Below are positions 39,201-51,800 of a DNA stretch of 64,000 nucleotides, one piece after another. The stretch is taken from the NCBI GenBank assembly GCA_011109175.1, contig RDEW01000064.1, positions 74,653-138,652 of the forward strand, given 5' to 3'. A program made the translations under genes and the position numbers. The notes under the pieces were generated by a model. It did not search any database and had not been told where the DNA came from. It was given only the letters and a program-made list of their open reading frames with translations. This DNA is from Dicyema japonicum (taxonomy: Eukaryota > Animalia > Dicyemida). Within the stretch, counting starts at the first letter, position 1, and every line of letters begins with the position of its first letter.

Positions 39201-40712
39201 AAAATATGAACCGGCATCTTACAAACATCATAGTAACTTACAACTAAGAAGATATTCTCTAATGGAAATCGTAAGAAAAGAATTGACATTTCACCTAAGC
39301 ATGAGTCACATTACAAGACGAAGGAACATTTTACAAAACAAAGGGACATATTATAGAACAAGGGAACCTATTGAAAAGCATAGTAACCCAAATGGGCGAA
39401 ATCTCTGGATATTTTCCACGTTGGACCAGTCCCACTTCACTTGACTCAACATTCGATTTGGAGTCTACAAGACTATGTTACAAACATTATTGGTTCCTAC
39501 AGAAGAGATGGGAATAGTTGAGAAAGACATATGGGGAATAAACCTACTGTAGAATAACTAACTGCCGAAAGACATACTAGATTTGGAGTTAATAGGTTAT
39601 AGACATACGTTAATAATGAAAAACTGGGGTATGTGTGGACTTTCCAGGCCATTATGGCGAGAACTAGATAAAAACTTTTAATTACCTTCTGTTTACAGTT
39701 GTTATGATTATGGTTTATGGTTTTTTTAAAGTGAGGTTTTGAACGTTTGACTTTGTGCATTTTCAATCCTTTTGATAATGTAGAAATTGTTCAATTCTTT
39801 TAGTTATCATGGAAATACATTATGATCCCCCGATTCATATAATTACTCATGTAACTTCATGTTGTGGAGTGATAAGTTTGACAAAAATGGCATCCATGAC
39901 AACTAAAATTAAAAAAATGAAATTTATATTGAGCCACATGGTGCCATGTTGTAATTCGTGGCTAATTGGTTAAAGTTTATTGATTGTTTCTCTGTTCCTT
40001 TTCTCTCTTCCTTTTAGAGTAGTTTCATGTGATCCACATGTCTAGGTGTCGCCCAGTTCCTGTCTGGCACTAAAAAAGATCATTTGTTATTCCTCACTCA
40101 ACAGGAGGGGTTTTCACTACTGCAAGTATGGAATATTTTCCCTTTATGCTGATTCCGGTTAAACTCTGTTTCTGTAGAAGTGGAAACTAGGTACACTTAA
40201 TTAATTGTTTACGTTAATTTCTCTCTCGGGGTATCCGGTGTTAATAAATTAAATCAATTTCGAAAAATGGCAAAGCCATCACGTCATTTTTTGTTCACCC
40301 TTCCGATTCCCCAAAAGACGTCCTGATAAAATCAGACGTGCTCGGGTCAATAACGCCAGACATTTTACTTTTCCATGGACATCCATTTTATATATTTTTA
40401 TTCTCCAGTTTTATATTTTCTACTTTTTTGTGCATCTTTGTCTAACATTAATACTTTAGCCTTATTTGGATATTATCGAGAAGCATCATAGCTTCTTTGA
40501 AATAGGTGCTTTTACTGTCCAGGGTTCAAGCACGTGAGACGTCTCAACGGAGATCAGCTGGAAGGAGAACCACAATGCTACGGTACTTACTCCTTTTCGA
40601 ATCTTCAGCACTACTATCTGCGGAACCCACGCACAATGATGACTCTAGCGAGATTGCGTTTGAGAAATTATCCGTGAACGTTGAATCCTAAGAAAAACAT
40701 CTCAATTGGCTC
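36227..40712. repeat. Copy B of the mosaic segmental duplication
   Basis: 36227-36540 matches 48849-49160; 37406/37516-40712 matches 49163/49205-52428. Confidence 0.9.
37516..39250 (+). mobile_element. Decayed LINE 5' half: gag-like ORF1 with CCHC knuckles and AP-endonuclease remnants
   Basis: ICYSCQQIGHFAYKC...RCPGEH knuckle (also at about 36980 and 49670); IDFLVVNET and (G/C)DLNAKN endonuclease motifs; paralog at 49205-51000. Confidence 0.72.
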
Positions 40713-41191
40713 TGTTGTATTTGGTTATTTATAGTTCTCGAATACTAGCGATGTCTCCTAAGCATTCAATGGGAATCCTTTGATTTTGAATACAAAAAGT
40801 TGATGCAGATGCCACATTACAAATCAGATTTTCCAGAGAAAAAACCTTGATCTTGTTTGCGGGTATCCCATAATCACGATATAGGAAAAAAAGTTGAAAT
40901 TGCAGAATCCCTTGACTACTTAAGTGAAAAAAAAGAAAAGAGCTACTTGGAAGACGATAATTAACGAAATTATTATGTAACGTGCTTGGGAGTATTTAAA
41001 AAAAGAAACAACAAGAAAATTAAAACAGTTATAGAATATGAACATATACCATTTGTCTTATCATACTTCGTCGTTTAATAACAAATGCGATGACTCCGAT
41101 GATTGTAAATGTTAAAACGGTGAGTATAGATCCTATAATTATATGAATTTTTGAATGATTATTAATTGTATTTTTTCCAGGAGTTACTTTT

Positions 41192-41998
41192 TCAAAACAC
41201 TTTAACTCTAAAATTCTTAAATATCAAACCTTTTCCAGTATAACGGAAATTATAATCATCCCGATGAATTTGTGCCTTAAATTGTGAAAACATAGCATAT
41301 ATTTCATCAGAAAATTTATTGAGAGACAATTCAAAGTAACATGAATTTTCAACATCAATCAATTTGGTCTTTTTAAGACTCAAGACACATTATAGATTTT
41401 ATTGACGATTAACTGAATTTTAGACATATAATATTTGTCTTGAGACAAAATAAATGTAAGAAGTATTTCAAAAATTCCCCCTTCAAGAGATAACTCAACA
41501 CTATTGTTATCAAAATTAATCTTCGTTTCCACATGATCGAATAAAATTAATAAATCATTAATCTAATATTAAAATATACAACTTACTATTTTAACACTAC
41601 GTTTATGAAAAATTATGATTTTGAAATGCCCACTTAATATAGCTTTCAGTCGATTTTCCGCAATAAAATACCAATTTCGAACTTTTGGATTGTTAGATGG
41701 ATCACAGTCATGTGCTGAATTAAATTATATAAAACCTTTTCCAATTAAAGGTGAATATGATTGATTAGTGTAGAATTCTATCACCAAAGAATATAATGTG
41801 AGAGTATTTCCTTTCTCAAAATTTATGGATATATATCCGCATCTGTAATAATTTCCTTGTTTAATATCCTGAACATATGTTGTATTTGTATAGATTCGAT
41901 TATCTTTATGTGTTAAATATTAAACTATTAAAATTTACTGACATTATGTGTTTATAGTCTAAATTCGTGATTGAGAACAAAATCATTAATAATAACAT
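41192..41998 (-). pseudogene. Orphan, probably secreted protein gene with mini-intron(s), disrupted
   Basis: Hydrophobic start MLLLMILFSI; long frame DNRIYTNTTYVQ...SVKI, a 24-nt GTAAGT..TAG intron (41563-41586), then INDLLILFD...; one in-frame TAA (41725-41727) and a frameshift near 41383. No family recognised. Confidence 0.5.
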
Positions 41999-42122
41999 AA
42001 ACATGTAAAGTGAACACGTCGATGTGTATAATTTAGGTCACTTGTTATATTGATGAATTTATTTTTAATAATTAAAAAAATGATATATATATTAATTTTA
42101 TAATTATAATAATCTAATTTTC

Positions 42123-42438
42123 GGGTGGCATAGTGGTTAGGTGTCGGGCTTAAGTGGCATAGGCTACGAGTTCGAATTTCGCTCCTGTTCACCTGGTGGA
42201 AGGTTCCACGCATATACGATGCAGAATGGGTTTGACGAGTGACGCCGTCATCAGTGGATACTGACTGCGGAACTGGATTGTCTAGAAAGGACACTAACAC
42301 TAGAAAAAGAAAAAAAAGATAAGATCATTCCGTGGTTCTACGATAAGTTAAAATTAACTGTTCTTTACTTAAATAAAGTGTGTGTCCTACCTATGCGCAG
42401 CTATAAATATTATGGCTCTCGTGAAAAGGCTTTAAAAA
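42123..42438 (+). mobile_element. tRNA-derived SINE family A, full-length copy
   Basis: Pol III A box TGGCATAGTGG (42126-42136) and B box GTTCGAAT (42170-42177) at tRNA spacing; 15-bp TSD AATAATCTAATTTTC (42108-42122, 42439-42453); 3' tail shared with RTE family 2. Confidence 0.9.
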
Positions 42439-42784
42439 AATAATCTAATTTTCATTAATTCATTAATCAAAAAAGTCTAAAATTATAATTGACCCTTTGA
42501 CCCTTTGATAACATTTTCTCAACATGTGAAGAACGTTTTGATAAAGGATCTCAGAAAACTAAATATAATCAAACCGCCCTTGAAGTCCGAGTCGTGACAG
42601 GTATGCGCCCTTGTCGTGTTCAATCAACTCCTAAAACCGACGATTGAGTATGCTTGTGCCTCATGGGCCTATAGAGCTTCGATATCAAATTCACTCAAGA
42701 TCAATTCCCTATTTGACTGAATAGCACGTCTAAAAACCTCTAGATCCTTTTGAGGAGTACCGGGATTACTTCATTAGTTGGTTT

Positions 42785-43097
42785 ACGTGGCTAATTGGTT
42801 GAAGTTTCTGTTTTGCTCGTCTGTTCCTTTTCTCTCTTCCTAATAGAGTGGAGTCATGTGATCCACCTGTCTGGGTGGCGTCCAGTGCCAGGCCGGCACG
42901 AAAAAGGATCATTTGCTCTTTTCTACTCCACTGGATGGGTTTCCACACCTGCAACTATGGACGTCTTTTATCCGTTATGCTGATTTCGGGTAGACTCTGT
43001 TTCTGTAGAAGTGGAAAATCGATACACTTAATTGTTGTTTACTTTAATTTCTTTTTCGATGTATCCGTGGTTGACAATTAAATAAAATAAATAAATC
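42785..43097 (+). mobile_element. Short retroposon family B copy; a related subfamily copy follows at about 43138-43400
   Basis: Homologous to 1-302 but in an unrelated flanking context; AAATA-repeat tail. Confidence 0.75.
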
Positions 43098-43869
43098 AAA
43101 AATTCCATGATGTACTCTCTAAAGCGTCATTTACATTGAAGCTACGTGGTGTCAAGTGATGCTATTTGCTAATTGGTTAAAAATTTATTTTCTTTCCTTC
43201 TGATAACTTCATTGGATCCACCTTACCAAAGAGACGCCGAATGCTTGGCCGTCATTCAGAAGGTTCTTACTATTTTTTTCCCTTGGAGATAATTTCGTTA
43301 CCTCGAGACGACTTTTAGAATTGCTGAAACGTGTCAGGATCAATTAGCTATTTTGGTTTTGCCCTCAGCTTTTAGATAATTTTTATTTTTTATTTATTTA
43401 AGAATTTATTGGTTTTTCCTGATCAAATGTTCACATTAAGTCCTTATTTAAGTGGCTAATTCTTGGCCGAACATGATATATTCAATTAATTTTTCACGTA
43501 AAAGTATCCCTAACGTAGTAGTGAGAGAATAAAATCTCAAAAACGTAATCCACGTTTAAAGAGTTTCACCAATCTTTAAGAATTATTTTCGATGATTTTT
43601 AACTTTGTAGACAAATCAATTGTTTCTAAAAGTTTTCCTCCCCTATGGCTTTGAAAACCTATTGCGGTTGTTTTCAATAAAACACGTAAATTTTGACATA
43701 TTTATTTCTGATAATCTTCCTGGTAGCTTATAAACTATGAACGCATTGTATAACTTCAGTAAATTAATCTTGTTATGGGCATATAAAGAAGACAATAATT
43801 CGAAAATAAAACTAAGTGTAACAATGATCAGATGATTTCGCGTTTGTTAGGAGCTGTAAACTGGATAAT

Positions 43870-44803
43870 AATTGCATTGATAGAGGCTCAGTCTTATTTT
43901 ATTATCCGAAAGTCCGATTCTTTAGAGTGTGTACATAGAGAATAGTACTTGTTTGCCAGTCGCTATCAGTTTCAGAAATAACAATTTAAGAATAAACTTT
44001 TCGTAATTATAACAAAATTTGTACAACATGACCTAAAAATATAGCTCCTGATAACCAAACACTTGCATTTTTTATGACATTTTCGATTGAATAGTCTCTA
44101 TATTTTTTTACTTGACTCATAGTGACACGTGTATCGTACACGTATTTTATTTTTCAGTTTATACATTTTTTTAGTTTTCACGTTACGGAAAAGACCGACA
44201 TCAACCCAGGTGACGTATGAAAAGTTATGGGAGAACATTACGATTGCTCTTCTCAAAATATCGTGTTTGGAATTCATAAGGGCGGAGTACTTATAATTTT
44301 CAGTTTCTTTAAGATGCAAGCCAAATCCAGGTAGTGTTAAAATTTGATTATTTCTTCAATTTTTTAAACCAAATCAATTCTGACCTGTTTAGGTTAATTA
44401 AAGTGGTAGGAAGGTTTTTTCTAATCTTGCCCATGTGTCTGAGTATTTTCTCGTCGTCTGAGATAAATACAAGATGGTTTTCAATGAAGGCAAATTTTTT
44501 AATCCACGTAAAATACTTTTGAGGTCTACAAAACCCATTTACTTTCATAAAACCTCCTATATTATGTATCCACTGACTAATAAGATGTCTTTGTTGTAAG
44601 CTCCGTCATTCGTCCAAATATAATAAACTCTTTACGTCAATTTTCCACAACAATATACAAATAACAATCAAACAAAGCAAGAAAATGATATTTTTGCTGA
44701 TATGTCTAATATTCATGTTTACGTCAATTTTCCACAACAATATACAAATAACAATCAAACAAAGCAAGAAAATGATATTTTTGCTGATATGTCTAATATT
44801 CAT
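43870..44803 (-). pseudogene. HtrL/YibB-like (putative glycosyltransferase-related) type II membrane protein, disrupted
   Basis: N-terminal TM segment (IIFLLCLIVICILLW), YFTWIKKFAFIENHLVFISDD, YSALMNSKHDIL...SYVTWVDVGLFR, VWLSGAIFLG, KQVLFSMY; multiple stops and frameshifts. Family call is from recalled motifs. Confidence 0.6.
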
Positions 44804-44830
44804 GTGAATTTTATTTTTATTAACGATGAA

Positions 44831-47800
44831 ATTTTTTGGTTGAGTTAGTGACGTGGCTCTTTAAATGCAGTCTGAAAAATACAAGATTCAATGGGATGGC
44901 CTCAACCTACTCTCGTTTAATGTCAGAGGGATCTCGAAGACATAGATGAGGAAAACACTGTGCGATGATTTAGACAAGTACCGCGTCTCTATCGGATGTC
45001 TGCAAGAAACGAAGGTCTCTGATGGATGCTGTGAACACTATGGAACTTATAAACTTATTCTCTTCCCTAGTGAGTCTAAACATTACGGACAAGGTTTCGC
45101 AGTCCATGAACATCTTGTACCACGGATACATCAATTTTGGAAAGTCAACGACAGGATTAGTGTTCTGCAAATTAGGATGAATGACATGTACCCTTCCAAA
45201 AGCTACATGACAGTCATTAACGAGTATGCTCCACATAGTGGCAGATTTTTGAAAAATCCTGAGGAACTGGATGACTTCTACTGTCAACTATTGAGGACGT
45301 ACTCGGAATACGATTCTTCGTCGTTGATATTTATTGCCGGGGACTTTAACGCTAAAGTTGGGATGCGACGCAGTGGAGAGGGTGACAAACTACCTAAAAC
45401 ATATAGAGAACCACCTATATACATTAACAGCTAATATGACTATACAAGACCTATGGGATCAGACCAAAAGCATTATTTGCCTTGCCGCAAACACCCACCT
45501 TGGAGTGAGACGGCAGACAACCGGAAATATGTCACTTGGCCATCCAGACTCCTTATTACAAGCAAAACAACAACGAGAAATATGGATACAGAGTCTAAAC
45601 ACGACGGATATACATATCAAAAACAAACTACGAACTGAACGAAATATTATCAAGAGAAGAATCATGAAGCTTAATAATGAACACTCGAAGGATGTCTTCC
45701 TATCACATCTCAGAGAGCTGAAGCAACTAAAGTACAATGCACAAATGTTCGCTGCAGTCCGACTAATGCGAGGAAAGAAAAAAGCGACAGTACATGTTAT
45801 GGATGGGAAGGGGAAATTATTTTAAAACCAGACGAACAGATCGAATTGATTGCTGCCCATTTTGAAAAACTGTTCAATGCGAACGGCCAAGAACTGGCCC
45901 CTTTCATCGGAGAACCGCGGATGCTGGAAACAATTATCACATCTAAGGAAGTTCAGAGTGCGTGCAGTAAGCTAAAGAATCACAGGAGCGCAGAACCAGA
46001 CAACATCCCTCCCGAACTGCTGAAATATGGACCTATGCGTCTATTCGAAACCATTGCGACATTNNNNNNNNNNNNNNNNNNNNNNNNNNTCAGAGTGCGT
46101 GCAGTAAGCTAAAGAATCACAGGAGCGCTGAACCAGACAACATCCCTCCCGAACTGCTGAAATATGGACCTATGCGTCTATTCGAAACCATTGCGACATT
46201 ATTAAATGGAATGTTTACATCCAACTCTGTCCTACCACTGGGGAAAGGGACATTGATACCTATACAAAAGCCTAACAAACCAAAGGGACCACTAGAAAGC
46301 CTACGACCAGTCATATTGTTAAACATATTACGAAAAGTTCTTGCATCTGTTGCTTTGGACCGCTTAAAACATCCTGCAGGAAATACCTATCAGCATGCCA
46401 TAGTGGATTTCGTGAAGGAAGGTCGACAGCGGACATTCTGTGGAGCCACAGGTGGCGGTGTGCAACGGCTCAAAGATACAAAAATGCCACGACCATCCTG
46501 GGGATCGATATGTCAAGAGCTTTCGACACCATTAGCCGACACAAGCTAATGGTTGTCCTTCATCAATTTGTGGACCAATCATTGCTACGGATAATCAGAG
46601 TACTTCTCTCAAGTACTGAACTGTCAGTCCGAATTGGGAGAACTCTATCCTGACCATTCAAAACTACAATCGGCACTCCTCAGGGAGACTCCCTCTCCCC
46701 CTTACTATTTGTGATATATCTCGAAGCTGCAGCAAAGGATCTAAGAACTTGCTATGAAGNNNNNNNNNNNNNNNNNNNNNNNNNNNNNNNNNNNNNNNNN
46801 NNNNNNNNNNNNNNNNNNNNNNNNNNNNNNNNNNNNNNNNNNNNNNNNNNNNNNNNNNNNNNNNNNNNNNNNNNNNNNNNNNNNNNNNNNNNNNNNNNNN
46901 NNNNNNNNNNNNNNNNNNNNNNNNNNNNNNNNNNNNNNNNNNNNNNNNNNNNNNNNNNNNNNNNNNNNNNNNNNNNNNNNNNNNNNNNNNNNNNNNNNNN
47001 NNNNNNNNNNNNNNNNNNNNNNNNNNNNNNNNNNNNNNNNNNNNNNNNNNNNNNNNNNNNNNNNNNNNNNNNNNNNNNNNNNNNNNNNNNNNNNNNNNNN
47101 NNNNNNNNNNNNNNNNNNNNNNNNNNNNNNNNNNNNNNNNNNNNNNNNNNNNNNNNNNNNNNNNNNNNNNNNNNNNNNNNNNNNNNNNNNNNNNNNNNNN
47201 NNNNNNNNNNNNNNNNNNNNNNNNNNNNNNNNNNNNNNNNNNNNNNNNNNNNNNNNNNNNNNNNNNNNNNNNNNNNNNNNNNNNNNNNNNNNNNNNNNNN
47301 NNNNNNNNNNNNNNNNNNNNNNNNNNNNNNNNNNNNNNNNNNNNNNNNNNNNNNNNNNNNNNNNNNNNNNNNNNNNNNNNNNNNNNNNNNNNNNNNNNNN
47401 NNNNNNNNNNNNNNNNNNNNNNNNNNNNNNNNNNNNNNNNNNNNNNNNNNNNNNNNNNNNNNNNNNNNNNNNNNNNNNNNNNNNNNNNNNNNNNNNNNNN
47501 NNNNNNNNNNNNNNNNNNNNNNNNNNNNNNNNNNNNNNNNNNNNNNNNNNNNNNNNNNNNNNNNNNNNAAAAATGCCACGACCATCCTGGGGATCGATAT
47601 GTCAAGAGCTTTCGACACCATTAGCCGACACTAGCTAATGGTTGTCCTTCATCAATTTGTGGACCAATCATTGCTACGGATAATCAGAGTACTTCTCTCA
47701 AGTACTGAACTGTCAGTCCGAATTGGGAGAACTCTATCCCGACCATTCAAAACTACAATCGGCACTCCTCAGGGAGACTCACTCTCCCCCTTACTATTTG

Positions 47801-48684
47801 TGATATATCTCGAAGCTGCACTAAAGGATCTAAGAACTTGCTATGAAGGAAAAATAAACGAAGTCGTATACGCGGATGGTGTGGATTTTATATCCGAGGA
47901 TACAGTAGCTCTCACACATCTGCTGGAAAATGCAGCGGACAAACTGGGTGAATGGTTCCTCATCGTTTACCAGGCCAAAACGGAAATCACGGAAATCAAA
48001 AGAATGGACAACATCCTTAATGAACGTTGGCGACATGTTAATAAGCTTGGATCCCTACTGGGGGACACAGAAGACATCATCAAAAGGAAAATACTTGCAG
48101 GAGTAGCAATGCGAAAACTCAAAAAGGGATGGCTGAAAGGACTAGATGTCAATCTGCGGATACGCATGTACAATGCATTTGTGAAACCGATACTGACATA
48201 CAATGCTGGTACTTGGGCCTGTACAGGTGCGGAATCAATGGCTTTCGATGGGTTCCGCAGAAAACAGCTTAGAGTATTATTTGGCATGCGGAATCTCGAA
48301 TACCAGAATCTCGAATACCGGTATTTACAAAAAATGCAAGAGTAGGCCTCTAAGCCTGGAAATCACTGACGCCCGGTGGAGACTGTTTGGTCACGTACTA
48401 CGCATGGATCTTGCTGCCCCGGCTAATGTGGCGATGTATGACCATTTCATGTTCGAGGGCAAATGCTTCCGTGGCAGACCAAGGATGACCCTACCTATCA
48501 TGCTGCACAAAGACCTCCAAAGGATGAAGAAATGCCTAAAGACGGGAGACTATCTGGACATGCTGAGATCGACTGCGTGTAACCGTGGAGGATAGAAGAG
48601 GCTAACTAATAACATTGTTTCTTGTATTGCACATGCTTTGCTATATCTATTATGGCAAGGCGATAAATGCTGTAATAATAATAA
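44831..48684 (+). mobile_element. RTE-clade LINE family 3, both ends present, spanning two assembly gaps
   Basis: SFNVRG, CLQETK, YAPH, GDFNAKVG; RT with DMSRAFDT, GTPQGDSLSP, YADG; FGHVLRMD, RGRPR; (TAA)n tail; 10-bp TSD TAACGATGAA (44821-44830, 48685-48694). Confidence 0.92.
46760..47568. other. Assembly gap (N run); the flanks overlap each other, so the true gap is probably negative
   Basis: 46480-46759 is repeated at 47569-47848; the same happens at the small gap 46064-46089. Confidence 0.95.
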
Positions 48685-48848
48685 TAACGATGAATAACTT
48701 ATATATATCTGTGATGAATAATTTATCTGCGATGAATAATTTATTTATATCACAGTTGAATATGACATACATAATTATTTTTTTTATTTGAAAAATATAT
48801 TAACTATAAAAAATTATTTATTAACTATGGGGGAGAGTGGCTGCTGAC

Positions 48849-51800
48849 ATGAGAACCTTATTCTTCCCAATAGCTTTACTAATTCGAAAACCAAGAGAAA
48901 AGGATAGATATGTTATTGATAAAAGAAATCTGAGAATGGCGAGCTGACAAGAGTTTTTATTATTATCATTCACAGAATCAGGATATTGAGAAAATAATCA
49001 TTTTATGAAGAGAAGAAGGCACTCAGGAATGATAATTGTGCTTTTTAAGAAAATTGTGGAGATTCTATTCTAACCCTACCAATGAGGACCAGAGAACTGA
49101 GTTTGGATTTGAAAATTACAAATACCTCATGATTTAGTTGACGGTGTTGGAATGGATAAAATAAATCCGCAATCAGAATGCCGCAATCAGAATGCCTAAT
49201 TTTTTCAGACAACCTGGCTGTATAGATCTCAGTCTACTTTACTATGAGTCCGATTAAGATCGTTAACGTATTGTACACTTACGACGAATCAAGTTAAATG
49301 AGCCACAGAGGCTCGTGCACTTTCCATTTCGGATTCTGCAGCAACTCTAACAAGATGGCTTTTTATAGAGCCCGTGAACGATACTTGTCCTTCGGACCGG
49401 ACAATCACCAGTTCAGAGTGATAACCTCGAGGCCATCAGAAATTGTAATGAAACCAACCCATTCGGAATTGAAAAAAGCGATTTTCTGGACTACCTACAA
49501 GCGATAGTTTCATCAACTACAAGGTCTTGAATGTTAAGAGGAGAACATACATTGCCAATGGTCAAGGCGTCAGTCGGAAACAAATTAGAGGCCACATCAA
49601 TAGACAGTTGAGGCTTTTTCATTGGAAGAAACGTGGTCACTTACAAATGGATGCGAAGAGTTCCGTTATTTGCTATAGCTGCCAACAAATCGGACACTTT
49701 GCATACAAATGCAATGAGAGGAAGAATTTTATCCGATGTCCAGGGGAACACAATATCTTTGAAGCAACATAGATCCGAGATCGAAAACAAACTGTGTCAA
49801 CTGTTTCTAAACACGGGGCATATATGGAGGATGCCCAGTGATATTGGAAGCTAAACGAAAATTTGATACTTGCAACAATTAAATGGAATCAAGAAAGAAG
49901 GAAAAGACCAAAGTTGAATGCAACAGGGAAACATCACATAAAGTGAACACGGCCTCAGAGCCAAAGATACCGACTGAGAGAAATATAAGAACTCTCGTCC
50001 CCGGCTTTGCATGCACGAGAATCGGTCTTGCTTACCCGAAGTATCATTCCTGAAAAGATCATTTATGAAATAGAAGATATAATTTCAAGACTAAAGGAAC
50101 TCATTAAATCCTTGGAGTGCATTTAAAGATAGCGGACCGGGCGAAAGAGATCCTTGGCCACCTAATAAAACAATTGGGAAGAGGTCCTAAGATATTGTTG
50201 GTGATTTCCAAATCTCTAAAAAAAAGGCATCCGTATCTAATACTACTTATGACATCCTCCAGGATTGACTTCCTGGTGGTTAACGAGACCATGATAAAAA
50301 AGACCAATACTACTACAACGGAGGAATGTAACTTGATAGCAATACCACTGCCGGAACAGGAACCTCCCTCTTCTACCGTGATGAACTACTAGACGGAACT
50401 CTAATATCATCTCAGCTACACAATGCGAATTCGTGACCATTGCAATACGTTGCTGCGGTTCGTGGATAAATATCGGGGGTCTGTATCGAAGGATATAAGA
50501 AACTGTTCTACAGAGATTAACAAATTCTTTGAAATAAATGCAATATCTATTCTGGTCGGCGACCTAGATGTTAAGAACGTGAGTTCGGATACTACAAAAC
50601 TAATGGTGGCGGACGAAGATTGAAAAATCTTGGCTGATAAGCAGGTCTTGAGGTCATGACATCAGATGAGCCTATCCAATTCTCTCACAATGATTAGACA
50701 TGCTTGACTGTACTTTGTATTACCGCTACTGTACACCAATGTGAAGAGACCAAGAATTATGACGGAAATCGTTAGTGACTATATACCACAAGAAGTGATC
50801 TGAACCTCGTACCAGATGTCATCGAAGACGTCTTCATAAAATACGACATGTCAAATTTAGACTAGGGACACTACCGGAATGATCTTACAAAAATTTTCAA
50901 ACGTGGACGAAGGATCCCATGTCAACAAATGAAATTGAAAATATGAACCGGGATCTTACAAACATCATAGTGACTTACAACTAAGAAGATATTCTCTAAT
51001 GTAAATCGTTAGAAAAGAATTGACATTTCACGTAAGAAAAAGAGTCACATTACAAGACAAAGGGTCATATTATAGAACGAAGGAACCTATTGAAATCGTA
51101 GTAACCCAAATGGGTGAAATTTCTGGATATTTTCCACGTTGGACCTGCCCCACATCACTTGACCCAACATACGATTTGGAGTCTACAAGACTATGTTACA
51201 CACATAATTGGTCCCTACAGGAGAAGTGGAACTAGTTGGGAAATACATATGCGGAATAAACTTCTGTAGAATAACTAACTGCCGAAAGAATTACTACCAT
51301 AGGACTTAATAGGTCGTAGACATACGTTTAATAATGAAGGAGATTGGGTACGTGTGACTGTTCATACCATTATGGCGAGGACTAGATAAAACTATTTAAT
51401 TACCTCCTGTTTACTTTTGTTATGATTATGGTTTATGGTTTTTTTAAAGTGAAGTATTTGAACGTTTCCCTTTGTTGCATTTTCAATATTTTTGATAATG
51501 TATAAATTGTTCAATTCTTTTGGTTATCATGGAAAGACATTATGATCCCTCTTTTCATTAATGACTCATGTAACCATATGTTTAGGAGTGATAAGTTTGA
51601 TAAAAATGGCATCCATGACAACTAAAATTAAAAAAATGAAATTTATATTGAGCCACATGGTGCCATGTTGTAATTCGTAGCTAATTAGTTAAAGTTTATT
51701 GATTGTTTCTCTGTCCTTTTCTCTCTTCCTATTAAAGTAGTGTCATGTGATCCACCTGTCTAAGTGGCGCGTATCTCCTAGCTGGCACAAAAAAAGATCA

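Noticed and set aside
42123-42195. Possible tRNA gene
   Set aside because: No clean acceptor or anticodon stem; it is the head of a TSD-flanked SINE.
42230-42280. CTGATGA on the antisense strand of SINE A, suggesting a hammerhead ribozyme
   Set aside because: The following stem is closed by TCAAA rather than GAAA, and no stem I/III pairing with a UH site was found.
46664-47638. Long ORFs in the ORF track
   Set aside because: Artefacts of translating through the N gap.
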